Of a stretch of 61,439 bases of DNA, positions 35,566-44,315 are shown one piece after another. A program made the position numbers and the translations under genes. The DNA is from Candidatus Nanoarchaeia archaeon (GTDB taxonomy: Archaea > Nanobdellota > Nanobdellia > Pacearchaeales > GW2011-AR1), in contig DATDSF010000020.1 in the NCBI GenBank assembly GCA_035291345.1, positions 1-61,439 of the forward strand, read 5' to 3'. The first letter of the stretch is position 1, and every line of letters begins with the position of its first letter. The notes below the pieces were generated by a model. That model saw nothing but the letters and a program-made list of their open reading frames with translations. It was not told the origin of the DNA and did not search any database.

Positions 35566-36570
35566 TTATTTTAAGAATACTAAAAAACCGATTACAATTA
35601 AAATAAGCTGAAATATGTTGATTAACATTACAACTTCCCATTCGTAAGCTTTCTTAGATTTTTTAATTTTTTCAAGAATTAAAATAGCTAGATGTTCAAG
35701 ACCATAAATTTTACTATATTGATTTTTTATAGATCCATCTTTTTGAGGTTTTCCAAAAGAAGATTTCTTTAATTTTCCTCTTAATTTTAGAATTGTTTCT
35801 AAAATATAAGGCATAAATATAAACAACGCAAACATTTCATAATTCCCAAGTATAGCCATAATTGCTATTAATGCTCCTATACTATATGTTAAAATATCTC
35901 CTGGAAAAACTCTTGCGGGGAATTTATTATAATATAAAAATCCAACTAAAGAAAAGACCATACACATAGAAATTAAGCTTAACCATGTACTTCCTGTAAT
36001 AAAAGAAGCTAATGAAAGAGATGATAAAATTATTATGCCCTGGCTAGCTTCCAGTCCATTATAACCTGCCAGAAAATTAAATGTTGTAGATGCTCCAATA
36101 ATGCCTATTGGAATAAATATCAATGGATATATAATACCAAGAGAAATCTGACCTATAAATGGAATATAAATTACATGATTTCCAGCATTTATTACCATCA
36201 AAGGTATTGCTGCAAATGCAATTAATACTAATCTTGACCAAACAGACAACCCTCCTTTCTGCCAGCCAAAAAGATCATCTATTAACCCTACCCCTCCAAC
36301 AATTAACACAACTGATAAAAGGGAAAAAATTTCAACTATATTCTCCGATGAGTTTAAATAAAAAGTTTTAATGGCAATATACAACAAAACTCCTAGTACA
36401 AATCCAAGAACAACAATAATTCCTCCAGAACCAGCAACTTTTTCAGCTTTGGTCTTATTCATATCATCCCAAATTAAACCTATTTCCTTAGCTTTTTTTA
36501 TCCAGAAAGGAATTAAAAATACAGTTGTAGCTAGAGAAATAATAAATGACAAAATTAAAAGCGGTTCCAT
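35566..36570 (-). CDS. Polyprenyl-phosphate HexNAc-1-phosphate transferase (MraY/WecA/Alg7 family, AglH-like)
   Basis: 334 aa, polytopic, with GLIDDLFGW (DDxxG motif), NFLAGYNGLE and FPGDILTYSIG. Confidence 0.8.
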   Translation of the reverse strand: MEPLLILSFIISLATTVFLIPFWIKKAKEIGLIWDDMNKTKAEKVAGSGGIIVVLGFVLGVLLYIAIKTFYLNSSENIVEIFSLLSVVLIVGGVGLIDDLFGWQKGGLSVWSRLVLIAFAAIPLMVINAGNHVIYIPFIGQISLGIIYPLIFIPIGIIGASTTFNFLAGYNGLEASQGIIILSSLSLASFITGSTWLSLISMCMVFSLVGFLYYNKFPARVFPGDILTYSIGALIAIMAILGNYEMFALFIFMPYILETILKLRGKLKKSSFGKPQKDGSIKNQYSKIYGLEHLAILILEKIKKSKKAYEWEVVMLINIFQLILIVIGFLVFLK

Positions 36571-36600
36571 ATAACTTAATATTAAATCTGTTTTAAAAAC

Positions 36601-39372
36601 TTACCTGCCAACTTCTTTAAGTTTTTCGTCAGGGTATTCTGTAACTAGGTAATCTGGATTAAACTTTATATTTTGGGGGTAATTTATTTCCCATATTTTA
36701 ATAGGACCAAGGAAACTTCCTTGGTAATAAACAAAGTCATCTAATTCTAAGCCTTGGTTTCTTAAATCAGCAATAATTAAATTCGGTTCGCTGTGAACAA
36801 GCTTAAAATTTCCTTCTTCTTCAAATAAATATTTTCTTACAAGTAAACCATCAACAGTTCTTTCACTTAAGAAAAGAAGAGCCCCTTTATCATTAACTTG
36901 GATTTGATTGTTACTTTGTTGAATTGTTTCAACGATAAACACTCCTGAATTAAGACCTGTGTTGAAGTTATATAGCTTATTCTTATAATAGAGATATTTT
37001 AGTGGGATATTAACCTGAGTCCCATCTCTTTGAATGAAAATAATTTCAGGCTGTTTTAATATTGAATTATTATTCTCAATTATTTCATCAATTACAAAAC
37101 CACCTATTACAGATGTTTCTTTAGCAAAGAATGTTTTTGTTCCATTTTCTTCCCATATTATATCATCATCAAGTCCCGACCCTCCAGTATATACGTAAGA
37201 AAGTCCATTAGAAGTCTCTCTAGTTCCACGAGCATCCATAACAAAAGTAGGGATATAACTAAGTCTATCATAATTTTCATCAGATCCAATACTACTAAAT
37301 GCAGAATATTTACCTATGTCAGTGGAATCTATAAGTAAATGTGTTGAATTATGAGTATAAAGAAACTCTAAGGCTGTTCTATCATCAGGAGTTGTTAAAA
37401 CATGCCTCCCCATAAGGTAATTCCAATAAACAATAGCATTACCTCCATCTAAAACAGTCGCCCTTTTTCCTATACTCTGTACCCAATAACCATAATCCCA
37501 CCAATGTGCAAATACAGCGTCTTCTTCAGTATTGTTTCTTACCCAGTCCATGGCTTTCTGCCACTGCCAATTATATACTGAAGGATAAAATCCACTAGCC
37601 TGAGACTTACTATAGTTATAAAAACTAAACGCACTAAACAAAGCAGCCAAAACAACAATAATCGCTAAAATTATAGCAATTATTTTATTTGTTTCATCTT
37701 TTTTATTTTTTACACTTAAAACACTTGATACTACAAAATAACCAACAATTGCACTTGTTGGGGGAACAAGCATCATAATAAATCTAACTCCACTTCTTGC
37801 AGCTAAAATACTTACAAAAAACAAAGTGAAAATAACTATATATCCAAAATCAATCTTAAGACCTTCTTTATAACTATTTTTGTTATATTTATATAATAAA
37901 AATAAAGACCATCCAAGGAATAAGATTATACCTCCAAAATACACCATAAGACTTAAACCACTTTCCCCATTTAACTGGCTATTTGGAGAATATTTACTTA
38001 ACATTAAGCAAATAATAGAAATAAAATAAACTAATGTTAAAGAAATTCTATCCTTAAACTCAAATTTCTTTATCATATTGTAGAATAAGAAACATGAACC
38101 TATAATAAACAGCCAGAAATATAAAGCTATTTTTGCTAAAACAGGCCCAAAACTACCTGTTAATTCACTGAAATACGGCTGTCTGTTTTCAGCAACTGTA
38201 ACTGTAAATCTATTAGCACTTAAAGGTTTTAATAAAGCTGTAAAAGCATCATTAATCTGATAGGAAATAAAATCTATACCAAATATTAATATTGATAAGA
38301 TTACTCCAATTAAACCAATTAAAACTAAAGATGTTATCTGTCTTGGTATTTTATACTTATCATTTATTTTCTTGAATATTGTAATTTTATCATATAAAAA
38401 TAAATCAAATGCAATCAATAAAATTAAAGCAAATATAGGGATTGTGGTTGTTGATGTTAAAAGATTGTATAAACTATATCTTGTTGAAAATATCATAGCA
38501 ATAGGAGCGAATAAAATAACCCATGAAAAATACCCTACAAATCTTTTTTTATCTATAAGACCTAACATAAAAAATACAAATACTGAGAGGCTGATTGTAG
38601 CAAAAACAAATGTTACCCCTCCCCATATCAATCCAAGTAATGCTGTGGAAATCCCTGCCAATCCTCCAAATATTCCGGATTTTAGGTAATCTTTTGACTT
38701 AAAAGAACATATAAAAAAATACAAAACAAGAAATATAAACAAGAAACCTGCAGCTTCTTTTTCAGGTATTCCTGCAATTGTTCTTGGTAAAATTTCAGGC
38801 AATATAGCTAAAAATAATGTAGATATTAAAGCAATGGTACTAGAAGCATATTTATTTTCAAAACTATTTTCAAATATTTTTCTTACAAGAAAAAAGAAAG
38901 CAATACAAGTAAGTGCAAACATAAAAACAGGGAAAATTATAGCGGCATAAGTTATACTAACTTCACTATTAAAAATAGAAAGAATCTGATAAAACCATGC
39001 AATTAAGTAAGACAATAATTTCCCCTCACCAGCAGTATTATATCCTAATGGGATATATCTCATATTGTCAATAATCATTAACTTACCATGTTCAACAATA
39101 TATTCTGCCCATCTTAAAAATAAAAATGGGTCTAAGTCAGGTCCAAGCGTCCAGGTACCAGTTGTTATATCTTTAAGGTTGTTTATATTTCGTGTTCTTA
39201 TAAAAACAGCAATAAATGTGATAAACGCAAGTATAATGTATATGATTATATTCCAGAAATAACTAATTTTAATTTTGAAAACACTCGCTAATTTTTCTTT
39301 TCTTTTCTCAACTATTTCTTTTGCTTCTTTTTCATCTGTTGTATGTTTTTCACTAGATTCACTCATCTTCAC
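36601..39372 (-). CDS. aglB: Archaeal oligosaccharyltransferase AglB (STT3 family)
   Basis: 923 aa with 13 or so N-terminal TM segments. First-loop acidic motif GPDLDPFLF and the catalytic signature HWWDYGYWV. Start is either GTG 39372 or ATG 39366. Confidence 0.93.
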   Translation of the reverse strand: MKMSESSEKHTTDEKEAKEIVEKRKEKLASVFKIKISYFWNIIIYIILAFITFIAVFIRTRNINNLKDITTGTWTLGPDLDPFLFLRWAEYIVEHGKLMIIDNMRYIPLGYNTAGEGKLLSYLIAWFYQILSIFNSEVSITYAAIIFPVFMFALTCIAFFFLVRKIFENSFENKYASSTIALISTLFLAILPEILPRTIAGIPEKEAAGFLFIFLVLYFFICSFKSKDYLKSGIFGGLAGISTALLGLIWGGVTFVFATISLSVFVFFMLGLIDKKRFVGYFSWVILFAPIAMIFSTRYSLYNLLTSTTTIPIFALILLIAFDLFLYDKITIFKKINDKYKIPRQITSLVLIGLIGVILSILIFGIDFISYQINDAFTALLKPLSANRFTVTVAENRQPYFSELTGSFGPVLAKIALYFWLFIIGSCFLFYNMIKKFEFKDRISLTLVYFISIICLMLSKYSPNSQLNGESGLSLMVYFGGIILFLGWSLFLLYKYNKNSYKEGLKIDFGYIVIFTLFFVSILAARSGVRFIMMLVPPTSAIVGYFVVSSVLSVKNKKDETNKIIAIILAIIVVLAALFSAFSFYNYSKSQASGFYPSVYNWQWQKAMDWVRNNTEEDAVFAHWWDYGYWVQSIGKRATVLDGGNAIVYWNYLMGRHVLTTPDDRTALEFLYTHNSTHLLIDSTDIGKYSAFSSIGSDENYDRLSYIPTFVMDARGTRETSNGLSYVYTGGSGLDDDIIWEENGTKTFFAKETSVIGGFVIDEIIENNNSILKQPEIIFIQRDGTQVNIPLKYLYYKNKLYNFNTGLNSGVFIVETIQQSNNQIQVNDKGALLFLSERTVDGLLVRKYLFEEEGNFKLVHSEPNLIIADLRNQGLELDDFVYYQGSFLGPIKIWEINYPQNIKFNPDYLVTEYPDEKLKEVGR

Positions 39373-39502
39373 TTAACAAGTCCGCAGCACTTTTTTCAAA
39401 TTCAACGCCTTTACTTTCACCACAATTTGGGCAAACTCTTGGAAGGCCGTTGCTGAAGGTGTTTGCAGAGTAGTTACATCTTTTACATCTGAATTTTGCC
39501 AT
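39359..39502 (-). CDS. Small Zn-ribbon protein (47 aa), not in the ORF track
   Basis: My translation is MAKFRCKRCNYSANTFSNGLPRVCPNCGESKGVEFEKSAADLLSEDE, with CxxC-x14-CxxC and an acidic tail. Its TGA stop overlaps the aglB ATG (ATGAGTGA). A TATA-like element lies upstream. Confidence 0.6.
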   Translation of the reverse strand: MAKFRCKRCNYSANTFSNGLPRVCPNCGESKGVEFEKSAADLLSEDE

Positions 39503-39525
39503 TTTATTCTTTGTATTTTATAATT

Positions 39526-39540
39526 CTATATATTTTATAG
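39526..39540 (-). promoter_or_regulatory. TATA-box-like element upstream of the Zn-ribbon/aglB operon
   Basis: The minus strand reads CTATAAAATATATAG, 24-38 nt upstream of the small-ORF ATG. This implies a very short leader or none. Confidence 0.35.
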
Positions 39541-39574
39541 CATTAATAAACTAGATGGTATATCAAATTAATCC

Positions 39575-40441
39575 CTAAAATAATAAAGGAGTTATAAATA
39601 CTTCTATAATTGCTGCAATTACTAAGATAACAACTGCAGAAAGAATTAATAAAAATGAATCTTTGAGTATAGCCCAGAATTTATCAGTCTTAAATTCTTT
39701 TCTTATTATAGAAATACCAATTATCCCTCCTGCCAGAGTTCCAATAAAATAAGCAGCAATCTCTGGTAATCCATGAATCATATATCTAATTAATCCAAAA
39801 GGTAAATTAACAATTTCTGATTTTGAGAAAATAACCATTGCAGCTGATATAACACTAGCATTCCAAGCTAAGATAAATATCCCTCCAGCCCCAAAAATCA
39901 AAGAGAATATAATTGCAAACAAAAGAACATAAAGGTTATTTGTAAATATAGCTTCAAAAAATGAAAGACTTGTTGAGAAACCAGTTACACTATTTTTTAC
40001 CAATCCATGTTGACTTACACAATCATTAAAGCTACTTTTATAATTTATAGAGCAGTAAGTTTCAATTTGTGCCCCTAGATTTTCTGGAGATCCGAGAATA
40101 ATATACCATGAAGAAAACGCAATTATAAATCCAATAAACAAGAATAAAAATGTGGCTATAGCTTTCCAGTGTTCTTCTAATAACCTAAATGCCCCAGTTA
40201 TATGTAAATCTTTATACTCTTCAAATTTAATAGTATAATAAACATAAGGCATTGAAAACATTACGGCAAAAGTTACGACCAATATCCCAGAATACTTTGA
40301 AAGCACTGGATCTCCTGAAAATATCCAATGAACTAACAATATTGAAAGGGTTGCGTAAAAAAATCCAACAAATAAAAGTTCCCATGGTCTTCTCTCAGAT
40401 CTTTTAGGATTTAATAACATTTCAAACATCTTTTTACACAC
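39575..40441 (-). CDS. SpoIIM/DUF95-like integral membrane protein
   Basis: 288 aa with 6 or so TM segments and IHGLPEIAAYFIGTLAGG, typical of the stage II sporulation protein M family. Confidence 0.55.
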   Translation of the reverse strand: MCKKMFEMLLNPKRSERRPWELLFVGFFYATLSILLVHWIFSGDPVLSKYSGILVVTFAVMFSMPYVYYTIKFEEYKDLHITGAFRLLEEHWKAIATFLFLFIGFIIAFSSWYIILGSPENLGAQIETYCSINYKSSFNDCVSQHGLVKNSVTGFSTSLSFFEAIFTNNLYVLLFAIIFSLIFGAGGIFILAWNASVISAAMVIFSKSEIVNLPFGLIRYMIHGLPEIAAYFIGTLAGGIIGISIIRKEFKTDKFWAILKDSFLLILSAVVILVIAAIIEVFITPLLF

Positions 40442-40476
40442 ACCAGCTTAGTTTAAAATAAGCTAAAAGGTTATTT

Positions 40477-40496
40477 AAAACTTCTCAAGAAGTTTT
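40477..40496. promoter_or_regulatory. 20-bp palindrome AAAACTTCT-CA-AGAAGTTTT in a divergent promoter region
   Basis: Perfect 9-bp arms with a 2-nt spacer. Located between the SpoIIM-like gene (minus) and the eIF-2B-family gene (plus). Confidence 0.5.
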
Positions 40497-40610
40497 GAGT
40501 CAAAATAACTTATTTAAAAACAAAGATAAAACTAATGGTTCATAAAGAGAAATTTATATTATTTTTACCAGATATTGTTAATCACTAAGTTTTTTATATG
40601 CAAAAAGCAT

Positions 40611-41444
40611 ATGTTTCTTATGAAAGATAAAAAATTGTATACTAAAAGTATATTTTCAGACATTAAATCAATTAAGATTCAGGGAGCTACAAATATAGCA
40701 AAAGCTGCATTCAATGCTTATAATTTATTCCCAAATAAAAAAACCATCTTAAAATTAAAGTCTCTCAGGCCAACAGAACCTATGTTGGAAAATGTTTTAA
40801 ATAGACTTGAAAAAGGAGAAGATAAAAAAGAAATTTTAAGCCACTTCAAAACAGCCCAAGATAATATTAATTTAAATGTTCTCAAAATAGTAAAAAATAA
40901 TCAAGTTATTTTTACACACTGCCATTCAACAAATGTTATAAAAAGTCTTATTTATACAAAAAAGAACAAAAAAAAAATTGAGGTTTATAATACAGAAACA
41001 AGGCCTTTATTTCAGGGAAGAAAAACAGCTGTTGAATTGTCAATGGCTGGGATTAAAGTAACTAATTTTGTAGATTCAGCAATTGCCATTGCTCTTGAAG
41101 GAAAGCAAGGCAATAAAAGAACAGATCTTGTTTTTCTTGGTTCAGATGCTATTTTATCTAATGGAGATGTAATAAACAAGGTAGGTAGTAATTTAATTGC
41201 AGAAATTGCAAAAATAAACAAAATACCTGTATTTATAATTGCAGACTCTTGGAAATTTGCAAAGAAAAACATTCATTTAGAACAGAGAAAATATAATGAA
41301 ATTTGGGATAACGCACCAAAAAATATAAAAGTTAAAAATCCTGCCTTTGAAAAAATACCATCAAAAAATATTTCTTACATAATCTCAGAGTTAGGTATAT
41401 TAAAGCCAAAAGAATTTGCAAGAAAAGCCAGTAATCTTATTTAG
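40611..41444 (+). CDS. eIF-2B alpha/beta/delta-family protein (ribose-1,5-bisphosphate isomerase candidate)
   Basis: The ORF track starts at TTG 40575; ATG 40611 or 40620 is more likely. Motifs IQGATNIAKAA, VFTHCHSTNV, YNTETRPLFQGRKTA and GSDAILSNGDVINKVGS. Confidence 0.8.
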   Translation: MFLMKDKKLYTKSIFSDIKSIKIQGATNIAKAAFNAYNLFPNKKTILKLKSLRPTEPMLENVLNRLEKGEDKKEILSHFKTAQDNINLNVLKIVKNNQVIFTHCHSTNVIKSLIYTKKNKKKIEVYNTETRPLFQGRKTAVELSMAGIKVTNFVDSAIAIALEGKQGNKRTDLVFLGSDAILSNGDVINKVGSNLIAEIAKINKIPVFIIADSWKFAKKNIHLEQRKYNEIWDNAPKNIKVKNPAFEKIPSKNISYIISELGILKPKEFARKASNLI

Positions 41445-41904
41445 TTTTTTTAATACTCTTTAAATCATTTTTATCAGGTTTTTTAGTATTCTTGCCTTCA
41501 GATTTTTTTCCTTCGTTCTCTCTATCAATTTTTGCATTACTTACTATTTCATCTAATTTTAGATTTATCTGTTGTATATTTGAAGCTATTTCTGGTTTTA
41601 TACCCTCAAATTTATTTATTTGATCTTCAATAATTTCTCTTACATTATCAAATGTTTTTGGGATAAGGACTTTTGCTCCAACATCAACAAGGAGTTCTTT
41701 ATCCTTAATTGAAGATTTAAAGTATATTCCTTTTCCAAATTCTGAAAAAACTTCTGTTTCTTTAGAACTTTGAAAATCAATGAGATTTTTTTTAAGCATT
41801 TTTAATTCTTCTATCTGTTGATCAATAACCTGGAGTTGTTCTTCAAAATGCCCTGCCTGCTGCTCAAGAAGTTGCAATTCCATTAAATATTCGCTTGTTT
41901 CCAT
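41437..41904 (-). CDS. pfdA: Prefoldin alpha subunit
   Basis: 155 aa with coiled-coil, beta-hairpin region (VFSEFGKGIYFKSSI...LLVDVGAKVLIPK), coiled-coil layout. Lys-rich C-terminal tail. Confidence 0.68.
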   Translation of the reverse strand: METSEYLMELQLLEQQAGHFEEQLQVIDQQIEELKMLKKNLIDFQSSKETEVFSEFGKGIYFKSSIKDKELLVDVGAKVLIPKTFDNVREIIEDQINKFEGIKPEIASNIQQINLKLDEIVSNAKIDRENEGKKSEGKNTKKPDKNDLKSIKKTK

Positions 41905-41905
41905 T

Positions 41906-42442
41906 TTATTCTACCTTCAAAAGTTTTCTTAGAATTATGCTAAAAATAATTGAAACGATTATGTAGAACCAGAACCATGTAAATATGCCAAAGAACTTAG
42001 GATTTCCAGCAACTAAAAAATAATCAAAAAACCACCGGAAAAAAAGAACTATTGGTACTCCTGTGTAAATTACAGGTCTCATTGTCATAGGCATCATTTT
42101 CCAGAACATTTCCATTTGCTTTTTATTAAATTCCATCATCTTGCTTGGATTATCTTTATGCTCTTTCATTTCTGTCTGTAATTTCTTCTGTTCAGCTTTC
42201 ATTTCTTTTATTGACTTTTGATCTGTAGCATATTTTTGGATTATAGTTGTGGCTAGAGTTATTAAGAAAATAATTATAATCATACCATAAGTAAGATTCC
42301 AGTTTAGAAGCAAACCAACACTCGGATCTAAGATAGAATGTCCAGCATTTTTAATAAAAGGAATAGCATCCCATAAAAAACCTATAAGTAAAGAAGCTAT
42401 CAATACAACGAATATCCACCTAAAACTTCCTTGTTTGTCCAT
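41906..42442 (-). CDS. DUF106/EMC3-TMCO1-like membrane protein (archaeal YidC/Oxa1-like insertase)
   Basis: 178 aa with 3 TM segments and a charged Met-rich coiled region (KKQMEMFWKMMPMTMRP). Occupies the conserved position downstream of secY. Confidence 0.68.
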   Translation of the reverse strand: MDKQGSFRWIFVVLIASLLIGFLWDAIPFIKNAGHSILDPSVGLLLNWNLTYGMIIIIFLITLATTIIQKYATDQKSIKEMKAEQKKLQTEMKEHKDNPSKMMEFNKKQMEMFWKMMPMTMRPVIYTGVPIVLFFRWFFDYFLVAGNPKFFGIFTWFWFYIIVSIIFSIILRKLLKVE

Positions 42443-42503
42443 CTTTCTCTTTTATACTTAATTTAAATACAAAAAGTATTTACCTTTTTTAAATATGTCT
42501 TTA

Positions 42504-43865
42504 TTACTTAATAATTTTCCTCAGAGCAGGATACATATCCATTGAGTGCTGCTGAGCAATATTTTGATAGAACTGATACATAATCATTATTACTAACAAT
42601 AACGAAGTTCCTCCAACTAAAGCTCCTGAAATATCTGAAATAGCTGAAAGTAGTCCTATTGCAGCTCCACCCATTACAGTAAGTGGGAAAATATACCTCT
42701 CCAATACACTCTCTAGAATTCTTTCATCTTTTCTAAATCCTGGAATTGTTAAACCAGAAGACATAATATTTTTTGCCTGACTTTGTGCATCCATACCGCT
42801 TGTTTTAACCCAAAATATAGCAAAAATTATACTAAAAAATATGTAAAATGATAAATGACCTAAAACCTGTAAAAACATATAATTTGCAAAACTTCCTGTA
42901 ATTATAAGATTAGGAATATTAATTGGACTTATCCATAAAGATAATCCTGATATAGGTATTCCTTGTGAAAATCCACCAATAATTGTAGGTTTCCCAAGCC
43001 AACTTTCTAATAATCCTCCTGCTAACTGTATATTCGCAGCTAAGGCAGCAACTAATATCACTGGTAAAACAGAAGCATAAAAGAAATTTATAGGCCATTT
43101 CATTCCATAACCTCTTAACCTATCAAAAGAAAGAGGGATTTCCACTTTTAGCGATTGAGCCCATACAACAATAAAGAAAATAACTATTGTTATTATAATT
43201 GTTAAAGCAGCAAGGAAAGCTCCTGTAGTGTTTGCAGTAATTATAGAATTAATTAAAACTAATACCTGACCGCTTGGTGCAAATGTACCTTCATTACTTA
43301 AAAATTGGAATAGTCTTGTAAATATAGTTCTGCTAACTCCTGCAGCTATAAACAATGAAGTTCCAGACCCAAAGCCCCATTTAGTTGTAATTTCATCCAT
43401 TAAAAATATCGCAAGTCCTCCAAAACAAAGTTGAAGAATTACAATCCCTGTATATCCTGGGGCTGCCTGAAGTCCATTCATTAAAACATAAACACTTGCT
43501 TCAAAAATTATAAAAAATAATACAAGAATCTTTTGAATTCCTTGGAAGAATTTTTTCCCTTCAGGATTTGTTGTATCTATATTAAGAATCTTTGACCCAA
43601 CAAGTAATTGTAGGATAATAGATGCCATTACTATAGGTCCTATACCTAGAGAAATAAGACTTCCAAAATCTGCTCCAAGTATAACAGCTAAACTTTCAAA
43701 TCTTTCAAGACTATTATTCGCTAAGCCGTATAATGGAATATTTGCAAGTATAAAAAAAGCAACCAATACAATTAATGTCCATTTTGCTTTTACATTAAAA
43801 CTAAGTTTCTTTTCAGTAGGATTTTCTATTTCTGGAAGATACTGGAAGATATTTTTTATATTCAT
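42504..43865 (-). CDS. secY: Preprotein translocase subunit SecY
   Basis: 453 aa with 10 TM segments. N-terminus LPEIENPTEKKLSFNVKAKWT. Follows rpl15 at the end of the ribosomal operon. Confidence 0.92.
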   Translation of the reverse strand: MNIKNIFQYLPEIENPTEKKLSFNVKAKWTLIVLVAFFILANIPLYGLANNSLERFESLAVILGADFGSLISLGIGPIVMASIILQLLVGSKILNIDTTNPEGKKFFQGIQKILVLFFIIFEASVYVLMNGLQAAPGYTGIVILQLCFGGLAIFLMDEITTKWGFGSGTSLFIAAGVSRTIFTRLFQFLSNEGTFAPSGQVLVLINSIITANTTGAFLAALTIIITIVIFFIVVWAQSLKVEIPLSFDRLRGYGMKWPINFFYASVLPVILVAALAANIQLAGGLLESWLGKPTIIGGFSQGIPISGLSLWISPINIPNLIITGSFANYMFLQVLGHLSFYIFFSIIFAIFWVKTSGMDAQSQAKNIMSSGLTIPGFRKDERILESVLERYIFPLTVMGGAAIGLLSAISDISGALVGGTSLLLVIMIMYQFYQNIAQQHSMDMYPALRKIIK

Positions 43866-43888
43866 ATTTACTCTTCTTCTAAACCTTA

Positions 43889-44314
43889 TTATAAAGCCTC
43901 ATCACTTTTTTCAGGATTAATTTTAAGTGTCAATTTTCCACCAACTTTTTCTATTTTAGACACAGCTGATTTAGATGCTGAATAAGCTTTTATACTAATT
44001 GGATTTTTTATTACCCCCTTACCAAGTATTTTATATTTTCCGAGATCAAGTTCTTTTTTCCCCTTGCTTAATTTTTCAATTTCTGATAAATTTATTACTT
44101 CATATCTTTTCTTTTTAGCTCTTAGGCCTTTTTTCCCAAAATAGTCTTCTGGAAGATTCAGTATAAGTGTCTTTTTCTGATCAGCTCTTTTTCCAGTTCC
44201 AGACATACCTCTTCCACCTCTATGTCCCTTTCCTCTACCTTTCTTCTTAAAACCTCTACCATAAGTATTTGTTCCCATCATTCTAACAGATTTTTTTTTC
44301 TTTTTAAGTTTCAT
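43889..44314 (-). CDS. rpl15: Ribosomal protein uL15
   Basis: The ORF track runs to 44365; ATG 44314 (MKLKKKKK) fits the packing. Contains GRGKGHRGGRGMSGTGKRADQKK. Confidence 0.85.
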   Translation of the reverse strand: MKLKKKKKSVRMMGTNTYGRGFKKKGRGKGHRGGRGMSGTGKRADQKKTLILNLPEDYFGKKGLRAKKKRYEVINLSEIEKLSKGKKELDLGKYKILGKGVIKNPISIKAYSASKSAVSKIEKVGGKLTLKINPEKSDEAL

Positions 44315-44315
44315 G

